Shown in pieces: positions 1-9,816 of a stretch of 64,000 nt of DNA. The stretch is from positions 128,001 to 192,000 of the IMG/VR virus record IMGVR_UViG_3300021399_000102. The stretch is one strand, 5' to 3'. This DNA comes from a virus (Duplodnaviria; Caudoviricetes). A program made the position numbers and the translations under genes. The notes under the pieces were generated by a model. The model did no database searches, had not been told where the DNA came from, and was given only the letters and a program-made list of their open reading frames with translations. Numbering within the stretch: the first letter of the stretch is position 1; each line of letters opens with the position of its first letter.

Positions 1-467
1 AGAGACCCATAGCATCTGTTCGTCTTCTTGTGCTTGCCCATCCCCTGCATGTGGTTTGGCTCTCGCCCATTCAAGTCCTCAAGCTGTGGATTGTATGTCG
101 GAAGCGAACGGTAGAACACGCAGATGTCCTCATGATATCGCAATGGCATTCTCTTCGCGTTCAGGAATCCAGACGCCCTGCACTTGTCCCATATCAGATT
201 GTACCTCCAATATTTGGGTTGCGACATCATCAACTGGGCAGTGAACATCCCCTGTGCGAACAACACAACCGCACCATTTGGCTTCAACACCCTCCAGAAT
301 TGCTCCCACAACGGCTCCATTGGCAGCTGGCAATCCCAGCCCCCAGCCTCGCTTGCCTTGTTCGTCACGCCATAGGGCAAGTCAGTTATGATGCAATCCA
401 CAGAGCCATCAGGTATCGTTGGCAATGCCTTCAAGCAATCGTTGTGTATGAGGTTGATGTTAGCCAT
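1..467 (-). CDS. DNA methyltransferase (N4/N6 beta class), runs off the window edge
   Basis: Manually translated, not in the ORF track: MANINLIHNDCLKALPTIPDGSVDCIITDLPYG...YNLIWDK...HEDICVFY. DLPY catalytic motif. Confidence 0.85.
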   Translation of the reverse strand, partial: MANINLIHNDCLKALPTIPDGSVDCIITDLPYGVTNKASEAGGWDCQLPMEPLWEQFWRVLKPNGAVVLFAQGMFTAQLMMSQPKYWRYNLIWDKCRASGFLNAKRMPLRYHEDICVFYRSLPTYNPQLEDLNGREPNHMQGMGKHKKTNRCYGS

Positions 468-1209
468 TTTCGAGCCTCTTCTTCGCCAACTCAAAATAAG
501 TCTTCTCCTTCTCTATGCCAATGAACTTGCGCCCTGTCTTTTGGCAAGCAATTCCTGTCGTTCCACTTCCCATGAATGGGTCGAGAACAACATCGTCTTG
601 ATATGAATAGAGTTGGATAAGTCTATATGGAAGTTCCATGGGGAACGGAGCTGGGTGTCCAATCTTCTTCGTCTCTGGCTTCATTTGCCAAACTGAATCA
701 GTGAACTTCACGAACTCCTCCTTGGTGATCGTGGAAACGCCCTTCGTCAGACGCTTCTCTGTCTTGCCGAACACCAATATATACTCGTGTTGCGTGGGTA
801 TTGATGGAGCAGAAGCACTCATGTACGATCCCCAAGCGGCTCGGTTGGATGTCGTTTGCTTGTCCCAGATTATGGTGGACAGTGGAATGAACCCAATCTC
901 CTGAGCCATTCCAATGAAGTGGGCGTGTGTTGGTATCTTCCCGTTCTTGCCGTCCCCAATGTTGATGCAAAGACGTCCATCTGCCCTCAGGACGTGCATG
1001 CATGCCTTGAACACTCGCTTCATCCACGCAAGGTATTCGTGGTATTCAAGGTTGTCGTCATAGTTCTCGTAGCCATCCTTCTTGAACTTGTTGTTTCCGA
1101 GATTGACGTTGTAGGGAGGAGAAGTGATTATCAGATTCACCGGAATAGCTCCCATCGCTTTCATTGCCTTGACGCAATCTTCATTGAACAATGCCATATG
1201 ATGTTCCAT
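460..1209 (-). CDS. DNA methyltransferase (beta class, SPPY motif)
   Basis: ITSPPY, HPAPFP, VLDPFMGSGTT motifs. Start placed at MEHHMAL. Confidence 0.9.
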   Translation of the reverse strand: MEHHMALFNEDCVKAMKAMGAIPVNLIITSPPYNVNLGNNKFKKDGYENYDDNLEYHEYLAWMKRVFKACMHVLRADGRLCINIGDGKNGKIPTHAHFIGMAQEIGFIPLSTIIWDKQTTSNRAAWGSYMSASAPSIPTQHEYILVFGKTEKRLTKGVSTITKEEFVKFTDSVWQMKPETKKIGHPAPFPMELPYRLIQLYSYQDDVVLDPFMGSGTTGIACQKTGRKFIGIEKEKTYFELAKKRLENG

Positions 1210-1876
1210 CTTCTTCCAATCTCCCTTTCGCAATGTCGTAATACTTCTGGTCCCGTTCAATTCCAATGAAGTTTCTGTTGGTTTCCTTGCAAGCAACACC
1301 ACAAGAGCCAGTTCCCATGAACGGGTCGAGAACCAAGTCTCCCTCGTTGCTTGAATTTCTGATGTAGAACTTCAACAAGTCCACAGGTTTCTCGCAAGGG
1401 TGGGTCTTGTTTCCAATTATATTGTTGAATTGATGGACAGTCTTGCTTCCACCAATGTCGTTTATCCACTTCGCCTTGCCCTTCCTCAAGAACAATACAT
1501 ACTCGCAATTCTTCATGTAGTATTGGGATGGAGTGCAATTGTTCTTCTCCCACACCAAGAGGTTGTGGAGTTGGAATCCAGATTTGTCGGCTTCAACCAT
1601 CATGTCCTTTAAGTTCAAGGCGTTGGTGAAGATGTAGGCATGTGTGTCTGGCTTCAGAACCTTGAACACCAATGGCATCCAGTCGCTGATTTCAATGTCG
1701 TTCTGATGCTTGAACAGATTTCGATTTCCAGATAGCATTCCCTTTGGTCTGTTGCCAGAATCTCCACCAGATATGGTCTTGTAGGGTGGGTCAGTGACAA
1801 CTAAATCCACGTATCCCTCTGGCATCTTCGTGAGAAGTTCCAATGAGTTTCCATTCAACAACTCAATTCTTGGCAT
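1181..1876 (-). CDS. DNA methyltransferase (beta class, DPPY motif)
   Basis: VTDPPY, HPCEKP, VLDPFMGTGS motifs. Confidence 0.9.
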   Translation of the reverse strand: MPRIELLNGNSLELLTKMPEGYVDLVVTDPPYKTISGGDSGNRPKGMLSGNRNLFKHQNDIEISDWMPLVFKVLKPDTHAYIFTNALNLKDMMVEADKSGFQLHNLLVWEKNNCTPSQYYMKNCEYVLFLRKGKAKWINDIGGSKTVHQFNNIIGNKTHPCEKPVDLLKFYIRNSSNEGDLVLDPFMGTGSCGVACKETNRNFIGIERDQKYYDIAKGRLEEDGTSYGIVQ

Positions 1877-2109
1877 CAGAACTCCTTTCTCACTATGACT
1901 ATGTACAATTCATCTTCTTTAATATACCAGTTGTTCAACTCATAGTCGAACAACTCGCATTTGTCGAACAGAAAGCCAATGGCGAAATCCTTGTCAGCAC
2001 AAGTTCCATATTCCCTTTCCATTTTGGCATTGAATGCGTCTATCCTGATGGGCTGGCCATAATGACCATGCGTTGGGAAAGACAAGATGGTTTCCATAAG
2101 TTCAATCAT
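1876..2109 (-). CDS. hypothetical protein
   Basis: 77 aa. AAGGAG RBS and TGATG stop/start coupling on both sides. Confidence 0.7.
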   Translation of the reverse strand: MIELMETILSFPTHGHYGQPIRIDAFNAKMEREYGTCADKDFAIGFLFDKCELFDYELNNWYIKEDELYIVIVRKEF

Positions 2110-2160
2110 CAGAACTCCTTTTCAATCTCGTCAAGGTCTGCAAGCCACATGTCCTCAATA
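2109..2160 (-). repeat. Duplicate of the topoisomerase gene 3' end (other copy ~3042-3092)
   Basis: Both copies encode IEDMWLADLDEIEKEF-stop and differ only at synonymous positions. Confidence 0.9.
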
Positions 2161-3039
2161 TATGGAGATATGAATTCCATTTTCATCACGGCCATTTATC
2201 TCCACTGAATCAGATGCAAAAAATCCACGTTCCTCATGATTTTCATTTACAATGTCATTCAAGTCTATTGTTTCAACCTTTTCAATCGGTTTCAGCTTTG
2301 ACCTTAACTTTTCTGTCAATGCATAGACAATCAAATCATTTGATTTTCGTAAATCAGTAAGTTTAAGTCGTGTGGAGTTAAGACTATTTGTCTGTAGAAC
2401 AACAATGTGTTCATATTCCATCTCTTTCAATTTGGTCAGGATTTCAGAAAGATCGGCCTTTAAGATCTTGATTATCATTGGAACACCAAGCTCGGTTTTG
2501 TCTATCTGAAGGAGCATTTCTTTGCCATATGCATCTTTTACTGTCGGTGAGTCAACACTTGTTTCAGAATCACCTTCAAATGTCTTTGTTATTCTGAATC
2601 CATATTGTGTGAAGTCTTTTGCGCGTTTCATAAACCAATCTCCATGTGGGTCATAATTTTCCTTGAATAGATGTTCAGGGTGTTCTATACATTCTTGGAC
2701 ATGTATCATTTCATGGATAATAGATTCAATCCATTCATGTAGTGTAAGCATAGTTGAGGAATTCAACTCAATTCCGTCAACGTCAACAATTTCATCGCCA
2801 TAAATGGTTATATTTGTCTTCCCAATATGGTGTTTCTTTGGAGATTTCTCCATTGTAAATGTCAAATTTTTCGGCAGGGAATTTTCAAAGAACCTCTCGT
2901 TTAATTTCAGATATGCAACTTCAAGAAATTTCTCGGTAGGTGTATATTTCTTTTCGGATAAATCTCCATCAATGACCTTCATTACTATAGCATCATCTTC
3001 TGGGGTGTATTCTTCAGATACTATTCGTTTCCACTTCAT
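2155..3039 (-). CDS. SprT-like zinc metalloprotease domain protein
   Basis: LNERFFENSLP...IIHEMIH...HGDWF. More AT-rich than its neighbours. Confidence 0.75.
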   Translation of the reverse strand: MKWKRIVSEEYTPEDDAIVMKVIDGDLSEKKYTPTEKFLEVAYLKLNERFFENSLPKNLTFTMEKSPKKHHIGKTNITIYGDEIVDVDGIELNSSTMLTLHEWIESIIHEMIHVQECIEHPEHLFKENYDPHGDWFMKRAKDFTQYGFRITKTFEGDSETSVDSPTVKDAYGKEMLLQIDKTELGVPMIIKILKADLSEILTKLKEMEYEHIVVLQTNSLNSTRLKLTDLRKSNDLIVYALTEKLRSKLKPIEKVETIDLNDIVNENHEERGFFASDSVEINGRDENGIHISIY

Positions 3040-3041
3040 GT

Positions 3042-4427
3042 TCAAAACTCCTTTTCAATCTCGTCGAGATCTGCAAGCCACATGTCCTCTATGCTTTCCT
3101 TCTGGGTGGTCTTGATAAGTTCCTTAAGGTTCTTGATTTTCTCGGTCAATTCTGCCATCTTCTCCTTTGTGATTGAGGACATTGGCATGTTCAAGAGGTA
3201 GTTGTAGGAACCATCCTTCTGGATAATCTTGTCGGTCTTCTCCAACTGCTTGACGATATCTTCCTTCTTCTTGTTCTTGATGTGGATGGTTTCGTCAATA
3301 ACGCCCTTGCACCAGACATATTTGGACATGTCAAGCTGGATTTCCTCAAGGTATTTCTTCAAGAGGTAGTCCTTGCGCTTCTGATAGAAGTCAAGGCGAA
3401 TCTTGATGAACGCATCCAGAATCTCCTTGATGTTGTTGAACTCCTTGATTCGGTTGTTCTCGTCGATGCAATTCAACTGCTCGTTCAATGGCTTTGCCAG
3501 ATTGAAAGCCTTTACCAAAGAATCCATGTCCTTGTGGGAGTCGAAGAACACGCGCTTGACCTTGATTGTGAACTCAAACTTGTCAGCCTTTGGATCAGAC
3601 AAGTCGTCATAGTCCTCAATGTTTCCCTTCTCCACCAGACCATCCAAGAACTTGACATAGGAGGCGTATGTGGTGGTGATTGGGATTTCAGTGATGTGCA
3701 GGGTGTTGGAATTGACCTTCTCAATCACACCATAGTTCAGAATCTTCGTGGTCGTCTTTCCATCTGCGTCCTTCTCCTTGACGAGCTTTGTCTCGCCCAA
3801 GAAGCCCTTGAACCAAGGCAATGCGTTCTCAATGTGCGGAACCTTGTCGGTCTTGTTGAGGATGGCGCGAATGTACTTGAGAATCTCCTTTGGGTTTCTC
3901 GGATATATCTTCTGGGAATAGCCAGTTGAGATGCCATCAGAGCCATTGAGGAACAACGTCGGGAATACTGGCACGTAGTATGCTGGCTCAATTTCGTTGC
4001 CCTCGAACATCTGCCCCTTGCAAAGTGGTCTGTCCTTGTCGTAGAGCTTGCTCACCAAAGGAGAGATTGAGACGAAGGTGTATCTTGAAGCAGCAGGATC
4101 TGGCGAATACCTCGTGCCAAAGTTGCCGTGTCCGACAATCAATGGGTAGTTGTTTCCACCAACGAAAGATTGAGCCAACGTGCAAATTGCGCCATCCAAG
4201 TTGGTCTCGCCGTGGAGATACATGGACTTCAAGGAGACCGTAGCAGACATTTGGCTGGTCTTTGTCCTTGTGTTGGGGTTTCCAAAGTTCTCCAACATCG
4301 TCCAAATGATCTTGCGGTGCGCGTTCTTGAACCCATCAATGTAGGACGAGCATTTGCGGATGAGGTCGTAGGAGGCGTATGAAGGAACCTCCTCCTTGTA
4401 GAAATCTGTTATGTTCTTCTCGTTCAT
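3042..4427 (-). CDS. DNA topoisomerase II, GyrA/ParC-like subunit (T4 gp52-like)
   Basis: IDGFKNAHRK, YLHGE, GNFGTR, AASRYT catalytic Tyr, NGSDGISTGY. Confidence 0.95.
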   Translation of the reverse strand: MNEKNITDFYKEEVPSYASYDLIRKCSSYIDGFKNAHRKIIWTMLENFGNPNTRTKTSQMSATVSLKSMYLHGETNLDGAICTLAQSFVGGNNYPLIVGHGNFGTRYSPDPAASRYTFVSISPLVSKLYDKDRPLCKGQMFEGNEIEPAYYVPVFPTLFLNGSDGISTGYSQKIYPRNPKEILKYIRAILNKTDKVPHIENALPWFKGFLGETKLVKEKDADGKTTTKILNYGVIEKVNSNTLHITEIPITTTYASYVKFLDGLVEKGNIEDYDDLSDPKADKFEFTIKVKRVFFDSHKDMDSLVKAFNLAKPLNEQLNCIDENNRIKEFNNIKEILDAFIKIRLDFYQKRKDYLLKKYLEEIQLDMSKYVWCKGVIDETIHIKNKKKEDIVKQLEKTDKIIQKDGSYNYLLNMPMSSITKEKMAELTEKIKNLKELIKTTQKESIEDMWLADLDEIEKEF

Positions 4428-4440
4428 TTTGCCAATCTCC

Positions 4441-6375
4441 TTATACCATGTCGATGTCGAAGGTGTAGTCCGAAATCAACTTCTTGCGCTCGTCAGATTT
4501 GTCTCCATTGAGCCAGTTGTCTATGTACGCCTGACCTTCCTCGTCCAACTTGAACGTCTGAATGAACTGCTCAACTCCACCATTCTCCTTGAAGAGCTTG
4601 ATGAACATTTCCTTCGGAAACGAACCCAATCCCTTGTAGTACTGAATCGCATACTTGGACATGTCGTTGCTTGACTCGAACTCCTTGAACTCAGAAAGGT
4701 CGAAGAACATCTTGTGAACCTTCGTCATTCCCTTGTCCTTGAACACGATTGCAAGAGGTGTCCTCAATCTACAAACCATTCCCTTGTCGAACATCCACGG
4801 CGCGAACTTCATGAACCAACCGAGGTAGATGGATGAAATGTGGATTCCATCGGCATCTGCATCGGACGTAATCACGAACTTCTTGAAGTTTAGGTTCTGC
4901 TCCTTTGGGTTGGTGATGTCCAACCCCAATATCGTGATGATGTCGCTGAACTCTTGGTTCTTCAACAACTGAGCCGAAGTCGCGTCATAGGCGTTTATGC
5001 CAACTCCACGGGACGCATAGTAGCCAAATCCTTCACGCCCTACTGCTGCAGACACGCCACCACGCGCAGACAATCCCTCGCACACCATCAAGTAGTTGTT
5101 GCTCCCGATTGGGCGAATGTACTTGTCCACAGAAATCTTCACCTTGGACTTGCCAGCTTGCTTTAGAGCAACCCTTTCCTTGACCTCCTCCTTGAGCTTG
5201 AATGTCTCAACGATTGGGTCGAGGATGTATTCGTTCTTGAGGATGTTCTTCGCCAACTTCTCCCAATCAACAGACTCGCCAAAGTATTTGGTTATCTCGG
5301 ATGGAAGGTTTGTCAATGTCTCCTTGGTTTGGGAGTCGAACTTGAGGTTGGGAAAGTCCCGAAGGAACACAACCATGGACAACTTGTTCTTGACGTCAGC
5401 AGGCTTGATGTTTTTGAACTTCTTGACCAGCTTCTCCCTCACTGGCGTGACGAGCTTATCAACGATGTAGTCGATGTGGTTTCCACCTCTGTTCAAAGCC
5501 AAGCCATCAACATAGGTGAAGAAGTTGAATTCGTCTGTCTCGTTTGGATAGACCCCAATGAACCCACGGTCGAACACCTGGAAGGTTATGTGCTCAGAGA
5601 AGAGATTGAGGAAGGTCTTGTCATTGACATTCACCTGCTTGCCGTTGAGCGAGAACTTGATTCCAGGGAAGGTGATGCCAAGGCAAATCAACCTCTGACG
5701 CATCAACTCCACATATACTGGGTCAATCTTCTCCATCCCAAACCTCTTGAAGTCTGGAACGAACTTGATTCTGACCCCACGCTCCTTGGATTCAGAAACT
5801 TCGGTTTCAACTGTCTCCAAGTTGTTCTTCGCAACCACCTTGCAAAGTTTCTTGCCATCGTCAGAGATGCCAACGAACTTCTTGGAGAAGATTGAGGTGC
5901 ATTTGGAGCCGAGACCATGGGAACCGACCGTAGTCTTGTCGTCACTGTCCTTGAAGTTGGAGCCAGAGAACAGGCGCGTCCATGCAATCTCGGGCAAATA
6001 GGTCTCGGAAATCTTCTTCTTCTCCTCGTCCGACATTCTGGAGTCAGTGATGTCCTTTATGTCCTTGCGAATCACTGGGATGCCAGGGCCGTTGTCCTCA
6101 ATGTACACCCACCCCTCGTCAATGACAACCTTCACCTTGCCCTTCGCCCCTTGATACTTCACGAGCGAGTCCACGGAGTTGTCGAGGATTTCGTCGATAA
6201 TCTTTCTGAAAGCAGGGATGTAGGAAACTTCCTTGTATTCCACGCCCTCCTTGTCAATCATGAACAGCTTTTGCGTCAGAGGCTGCATGCTTCCGAGCCA
6301 CATACCACTGCGCTTTAGGATTTGCTGAACCCCACTAATAGCCTCAAAGTCTTCTACTTGTTTGTTTGTCTTCAT
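4441..6375 (-). CDS. DNA topoisomerase II, GyrB/ParE-like ATPase/TOPRIM subunit (T4 gp39+60-like)
   Basis: EILDNSVD, DNGPGIP, GSHGLG, EGLSA, DADADG, YYKGLG. Confidence 0.95.
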   Translation of the reverse strand: MKTNKQVEDFEAISGVQQILKRSGMWLGSMQPLTQKLFMIDKEGVEYKEVSYIPAFRKIIDEILDNSVDSLVKYQGAKGKVKVVIDEGWVYIEDNGPGIPVIRKDIKDITDSRMSDEEKKKISETYLPEIAWTRLFSGSNFKDSDDKTTVGSHGLGSKCTSIFSKKFVGISDDGKKLCKVVAKNNLETVETEVSESKERGVRIKFVPDFKRFGMEKIDPVYVELMRQRLICLGITFPGIKFSLNGKQVNVNDKTFLNLFSEHITFQVFDRGFIGVYPNETDEFNFFTYVDGLALNRGGNHIDYIVDKLVTPVREKLVKKFKNIKPADVKNKLSMVVFLRDFPNLKFDSQTKETLTNLPSEITKYFGESVDWEKLAKNILKNEYILDPIVETFKLKEEVKERVALKQAGKSKVKISVDKYIRPIGSNNYLMVCEGLSARGGVSAAVGREGFGYYASRGVGINAYDATSAQLLKNQEFSDIITILGLDITNPKEQNLNFKKFVITSDADADGIHISSIYLGWFMKFAPWMFDKGMVCRLRTPLAIVFKDKGMTKVHKMFFDLSEFKEFESSNDMSKYAIQYYKGLGSFPKEMFIKLFKENGGVEQFIQTFKLDEEGQAYIDNWLNGDKSDERKKLISDYTFDIDMV

Positions 6376-6432
6376 GTTGTATCACATTATACTTGATTTT
6401 GCGTATGTTGAATTATTTACGCGATTCAGATG

Positions 6433-6795
6433 TCAAAAGACACATTCAACAACCCTGTTCAACGTCCCATTCTCGTTCACACCCATCAAATCCTCAAGCT
6501 GATGTTGCCTTGTTCCAATCTCTTTCCCATCCAAAATGTCCTGCCCAACTCCCTCAATCTGAAGATACACCTCCCCATCAAGCCATGACTCATCGCAGTC
6601 AATGGTCAGAAGAGCCTCAATGACCTTGTTCACGAAGTTGTCCCAAGTGCCAAACTTCTCCTTCACCTCGTCCCACTGCGATTCATGCTCCCCAAACTGG
6701 TCTTGCAAAGCAAGCTCCACCTCTGGACGGATGTCCTTTGGCGTTGTGAATACAGTGTCCTCAGTTGTTTGGTTGAGTATTTCGTAGATCGTCAT
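6433..6795 (-). CDS. hypothetical protein
   Basis: 120-aa acidic ORF with RBS. Confidence 0.7.
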   Translation of the reverse strand: MTIYEILNQTTEDTVFTTPKDIRPEVELALQDQFGEHESQWDEVKEKFGTWDNFVNKVIEALLTIDCDESWLDGEVYLQIEGVGQDILDGKEIGTRQHQLEDLMGVNENGTLNRVVECVF

Positions 6796-6828
6796 TTTCT
6801 GTTCCCTTCTTCGTATATTATACCACTT

Positions 6829-7200
6829 TTAGTTGTATGCGTTCAACATGTCTTCCATCAAGTCGGCGTCAATATTGGTCTGCCCATCGTCAGATTCCGT
6901 GATGAATATGCGTCCATCCTTGTCAACGAACATTACCTTGTGGGTAAGAGAGACATCGAACATGAACTCCAGAAATTCCTCCTTGTCCCTCTCGTTGTAG
7001 TCTGTGAATCCCACTATCTTGACATAATGTGGATGACCATTCTTGAACTTGATATCATATACCCTGAGGACAGACTTCTGCCAATTCCATTGGGACATTA
7101 TGCTCATCATGACTACTGTTGGCATTCCGTTGTTGATTTCCAAGTAATGGATATCTGACTGAGTGATGGTGTTCCAGGATATGTCATTCAGACTCAACAT
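6829..7200 (-). CDS. paralog family member (SLTH...ESxDGxTNID)
   Basis: MFDVSLTHKV...ITESDDGQTNIDADL. Confidence 0.85.
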   Translation of the reverse strand: MLSLNDISWNTITQSDIHYLEINNGMPTVVMMSIMSQWNWQKSVLRVYDIKFKNGHPHYVKIVGFTDYNERDKEEFLEFMFDVSLTHKVMFVDKDGRIFITESDDGQTNIDADLMEDMLNAYN

Positions 7201-7600
7201 TGTTCAATTTCCTTATTATCGCTTCCACCACATCTGCATCTATGTTGGTCGTGTTGTGTGCTGTCTTCGCCAACGCTATCTCGTTGAAGCCAATTATGTT
7301 CGTGTCAATCCATAGGATGGCGTATGAGAGGGATATGTCCATCAATTCAGAAATCAGTTTGTCCAAGTCGTTTGGCATGAAATACACAACCTCTTGCTTG
7401 CAGAATCTTCCATCCACATAACGTATGTTCTTCAGCCTCAGAATCTTGCCTTGCTTGCCAGTGGAGCGCAATCTGGATATTTGGTTCAATATCTCGTCCT
7501 TCTGGATGAAAGACGCATGTTGAACCCTATTGCATTCAGAATTTGTCAAGCTGAACATTATCGTTCCACCATTGTTTACGCTTGTCTCGTCAAATATCAT
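7184..7600 (-). CDS. paralog family member
   Basis: LMDISLSYAI...KTAHNTTNIDADV. Confidence 0.8.
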   Translation of the reverse strand: MIFDETSVNNGGTIMFSLTNSECNRVQHASFIQKDEILNQISRLRSTGKQGKILRLKNIRYVDGRFCKQEVVYFMPNDLDKLISELMDISLSYAILWIDTNIIGFNEIALAKTAHNTTNIDADVVEAIIRKLNNVESE

Positions 7601-8039
7601 GTGGCTTCCTTGCTTCGTTGGCTTCTTCCACAACCTTAACCAACGCGGAAATAACCTCTTCGTCTATGTTGGTCGTGTTGTCTCCGGATTTCTCCAAGTA
7701 TATGCCAGTGAGGGTGTCAGTTGAGACATATCTTATGGTATATCCCTCTATGGACGCCTGAAAGAGGTATCCAACCAAGGCATCCAAGTCCTTGAAGTTG
7801 TACATATCAAAGGAAATCTGGTCGCGGAACACAGTGTCATTCCTTTTCCAAGGAACATCCTCATCCCAGAAAATCTTGTTTACCTTGATGTTGAACGAAT
7901 CGAAGTCCCATTTCTCTATCATGGTGGACAACACCATGTCCTTGGTAAACCACTTCTGGTCTTTTACCCAAGATAGACCGCCGTGGAGAAGCATAACCTT
8001 CTCCCCCTCGTACATTTCCCTGTCAAGATATTTGTGCAT
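7590..8039 (-). CDS. paralog family member
   Basis: LFQASIEGYTI...EKSGDNTTNIDEEV. Start placed at MHKYLD. Confidence 0.8.
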   Translation of the reverse strand: MHKYLDREMYEGEKVMLLHGGLSWVKDQKWFTKDMVLSTMIEKWDFDSFNIKVNKIFWDEDVPWKRNDTVFRDQISFDMYNFKDLDALVGYLFQASIEGYTIRYVSTDTLTGIYLEKSGDNTTNIDEEVISALVKVVEEANEARKPHDI

Positions 8040-8401
8040 CAGTCTATCTTCCCCACTATGGCTTCTATGGTTTCGGCGCCTATTGAAGTTCCCTCGGTGG
8101 TCTCCTCCACATACAAGTTGAATGGTTCGGAAAGTCCAACGATTCTGTGGTAGTGCGCGATGTCGAACATGTCTCCAATGAACTCGTCCCTTTGGATTGT
8201 CAACGAATAGTCCCTTGAAATCAACTTCACCTTGCCAAGAGTATCCCTCACGACCTTGTATACCCGAATCCAAATGGCGTTTCCCCCAGAAAACAGCCAG
8301 CGAACGTCCTCGTCTGTAATTGGATGGCGTTTCGCCCGGTTGAGGACGATTAGATTCAGATTATCAGCTGGGTATGGTCTATCTGTTGGCTTGAACATCA
8401 T
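8039..8401 (-). CDS. paralog family member
   Basis: MFDIAHYHRIVG...VEETTEGTSIGAET. Confidence 0.8.
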   Translation of the reverse strand: MMFKPTDRPYPADNLNLIVLNRAKRHPITDEDVRWLFSGGNAIWIRVYKVVRDTLGKVKLISRDYSLTIQRDEFIGDMFDIAHYHRIVGLSEPFNLYVEETTEGTSIGAETIEAIVGKID

Positions 8402-8931
8402 TTGCCACCTCCAAGTTTATAGAGGGAGTTTCGCATTATCTTCCTCTGCTCTTCCTCCACCAACCTTTCCTCTTCCTCAATGGAGGCAATTCTGATGATT
8501 TCTTGGATTCTGCCCATAACCTCGTCGTCTATGTTGAGCTCAGATGGGTCTGAAGTGCGGGCAAGCCACAACGAGCCAGAATACAACGCCACGATTCCAT
8601 GAAGGTCAGCGAGATTCGCCAATTCAGTGGATATGGTTTCCTCGCCATTTGGCAACACGAACATCTTGCTGCGCTTGTGTGTTGGCTTTCCTGCAAAGTC
8701 GCCTAAGAGAACATGGATTGTGACAAGTCCCCTCATTGGCTTCCACTCGTATTTCAACCTGTCCATTATCCATTTCTTCGACAGGAACTCGCAACCACCA
8801 AGAAGCTCCCTCTCATGGTCGTCCAACTGAAAGACATATGGATCGGTGCAATCCTTCCAAGAGATTTCAATGGCAGGAGCAATCAACAATCTCCTATTGG
8901 AGATTTGCACGTTTGGTTGCGCTACATTCAT
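8398..8931 (-). CDS. paralog family member
   Basis: LANLADLHGIV...SDPSELNIDDEV. Confidence 0.8.
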   Translation of the reverse strand: MNVAQPNVQISNRRLLIAPAIEISWKDCTDPYVFQLDDHERELLGGCEFLSKKWIMDRLKYEWKPMRGLVTIHVLLGDFAGKPTHKRSKMFVLPNGEETISTELANLADLHGIVALYSGSLWLARTSDPSELNIDDEVMGRIQEIIRIASIEEEERLVEEEQRKIMRNSLYKLGGGK

Positions 8932-9401
8932 TTCCCAGATCCTTCCAATCCAAGCTTATTGGCTATTCTGTCAACAGTTGTTGCGTCTATGTTCAATTCC
9001 ATTGGATCCCTGACCTTCCGAACCCATATCTGGCTTCCACTCATCCTGATGATGCCATGAAGGTCGGACAAGTTGGCAAGTTCAACTATGAAGTCGTCCT
9101 TCTTGTCAGGAATGGGAAACTCCTGCTTCGTCTTCCACGTCGGCTCCATGTTCTCGTATTCCCACACAACAATGCCAACCATTCCCCTCTTGTTGGGTCT
9201 CCATCCCTTGAGCAATTTCTTGAGTCTGTTCTTGGAGAGGAAGCAACAACCACGTAGCCTACGTGCTTCGTCGTCCCAAACCCTGTCCCTAACCTTTCCT
9301 CCACCCATAACGTCAATTCCATTTGGGTCCATGAGTGTTGGAAAGACCCTTCTCACCATTGGTATCAACACATTCGGCGTGTAATAGTTAGTCATAATCA
9401 T
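8928..9401 (-). CDS. paralog family member
   Basis: LANLSDLHGII...RDPMELNIDATT. Confidence 0.8.
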   Translation of the reverse strand: MIMTNYYTPNVLIPMVRRVFPTLMDPNGIDVMGGGKVRDRVWDDEARRLRGCCFLSKNRLKKLLKGWRPNKRGMVGIVVWEYENMEPTWKTKQEFPIPDKKDDFIVELANLSDLHGIIRMSGSQIWVRKVRDPMELNIDATTVDRIANKLGLEGSGK

Positions 9402-9802
9402 CTCCGAAACGCATTGGTGAACTCTTCCAGAACATCAGCGTCGATGTTGGTTCCCCCATTCTCCGATGCTCCAACATAGACCTTGAACACATAATCGTCT
9501 TGCTTGAGCAAGATTATGGTGTTGCCCAAGGAGAGATTCGCCAAATCTTGGATTAGCGCGTCTCCATCCTTTGGAAGGACATAGATATTTTGCTGCTTTG
9601 TCCACTCTAAATAGTGCTTGTCCATGTTCCTTACGTGCCAAAGGACAAGTCCGCAATTGTTGAGATTCCATTTCTTGAGGATATTGACAATGAGCTGACT
9701 CTCGTTTACTGGACCCCAGCCCCAGTTGCGTATGTTTCCAACCTCCTGAAAGGTGAGTGGAAATTCATTGTCTTCAAGGTCATGGCATGGGCTTTGTTTC
9801 AT
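9398..9802 (-). CDS. paralog family member
   Basis: LANLSLGNTII...ASENGGTNIDADV. Confidence 0.8.
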   Translation of the reverse strand: MKQSPCHDLEDNEFPLTFQEVGNIRNWGWGPVNESQLIVNILKKWNLNNCGLVLWHVRNMDKHYLEWTKQQNIYVLPKDGDALIQDLANLSLGNTIILLKQDDYVFKVYVGASENGGTNIDADVLEEFTNAFRR

Positions 9803-9816
9803 TGTGCGAACCCCCG

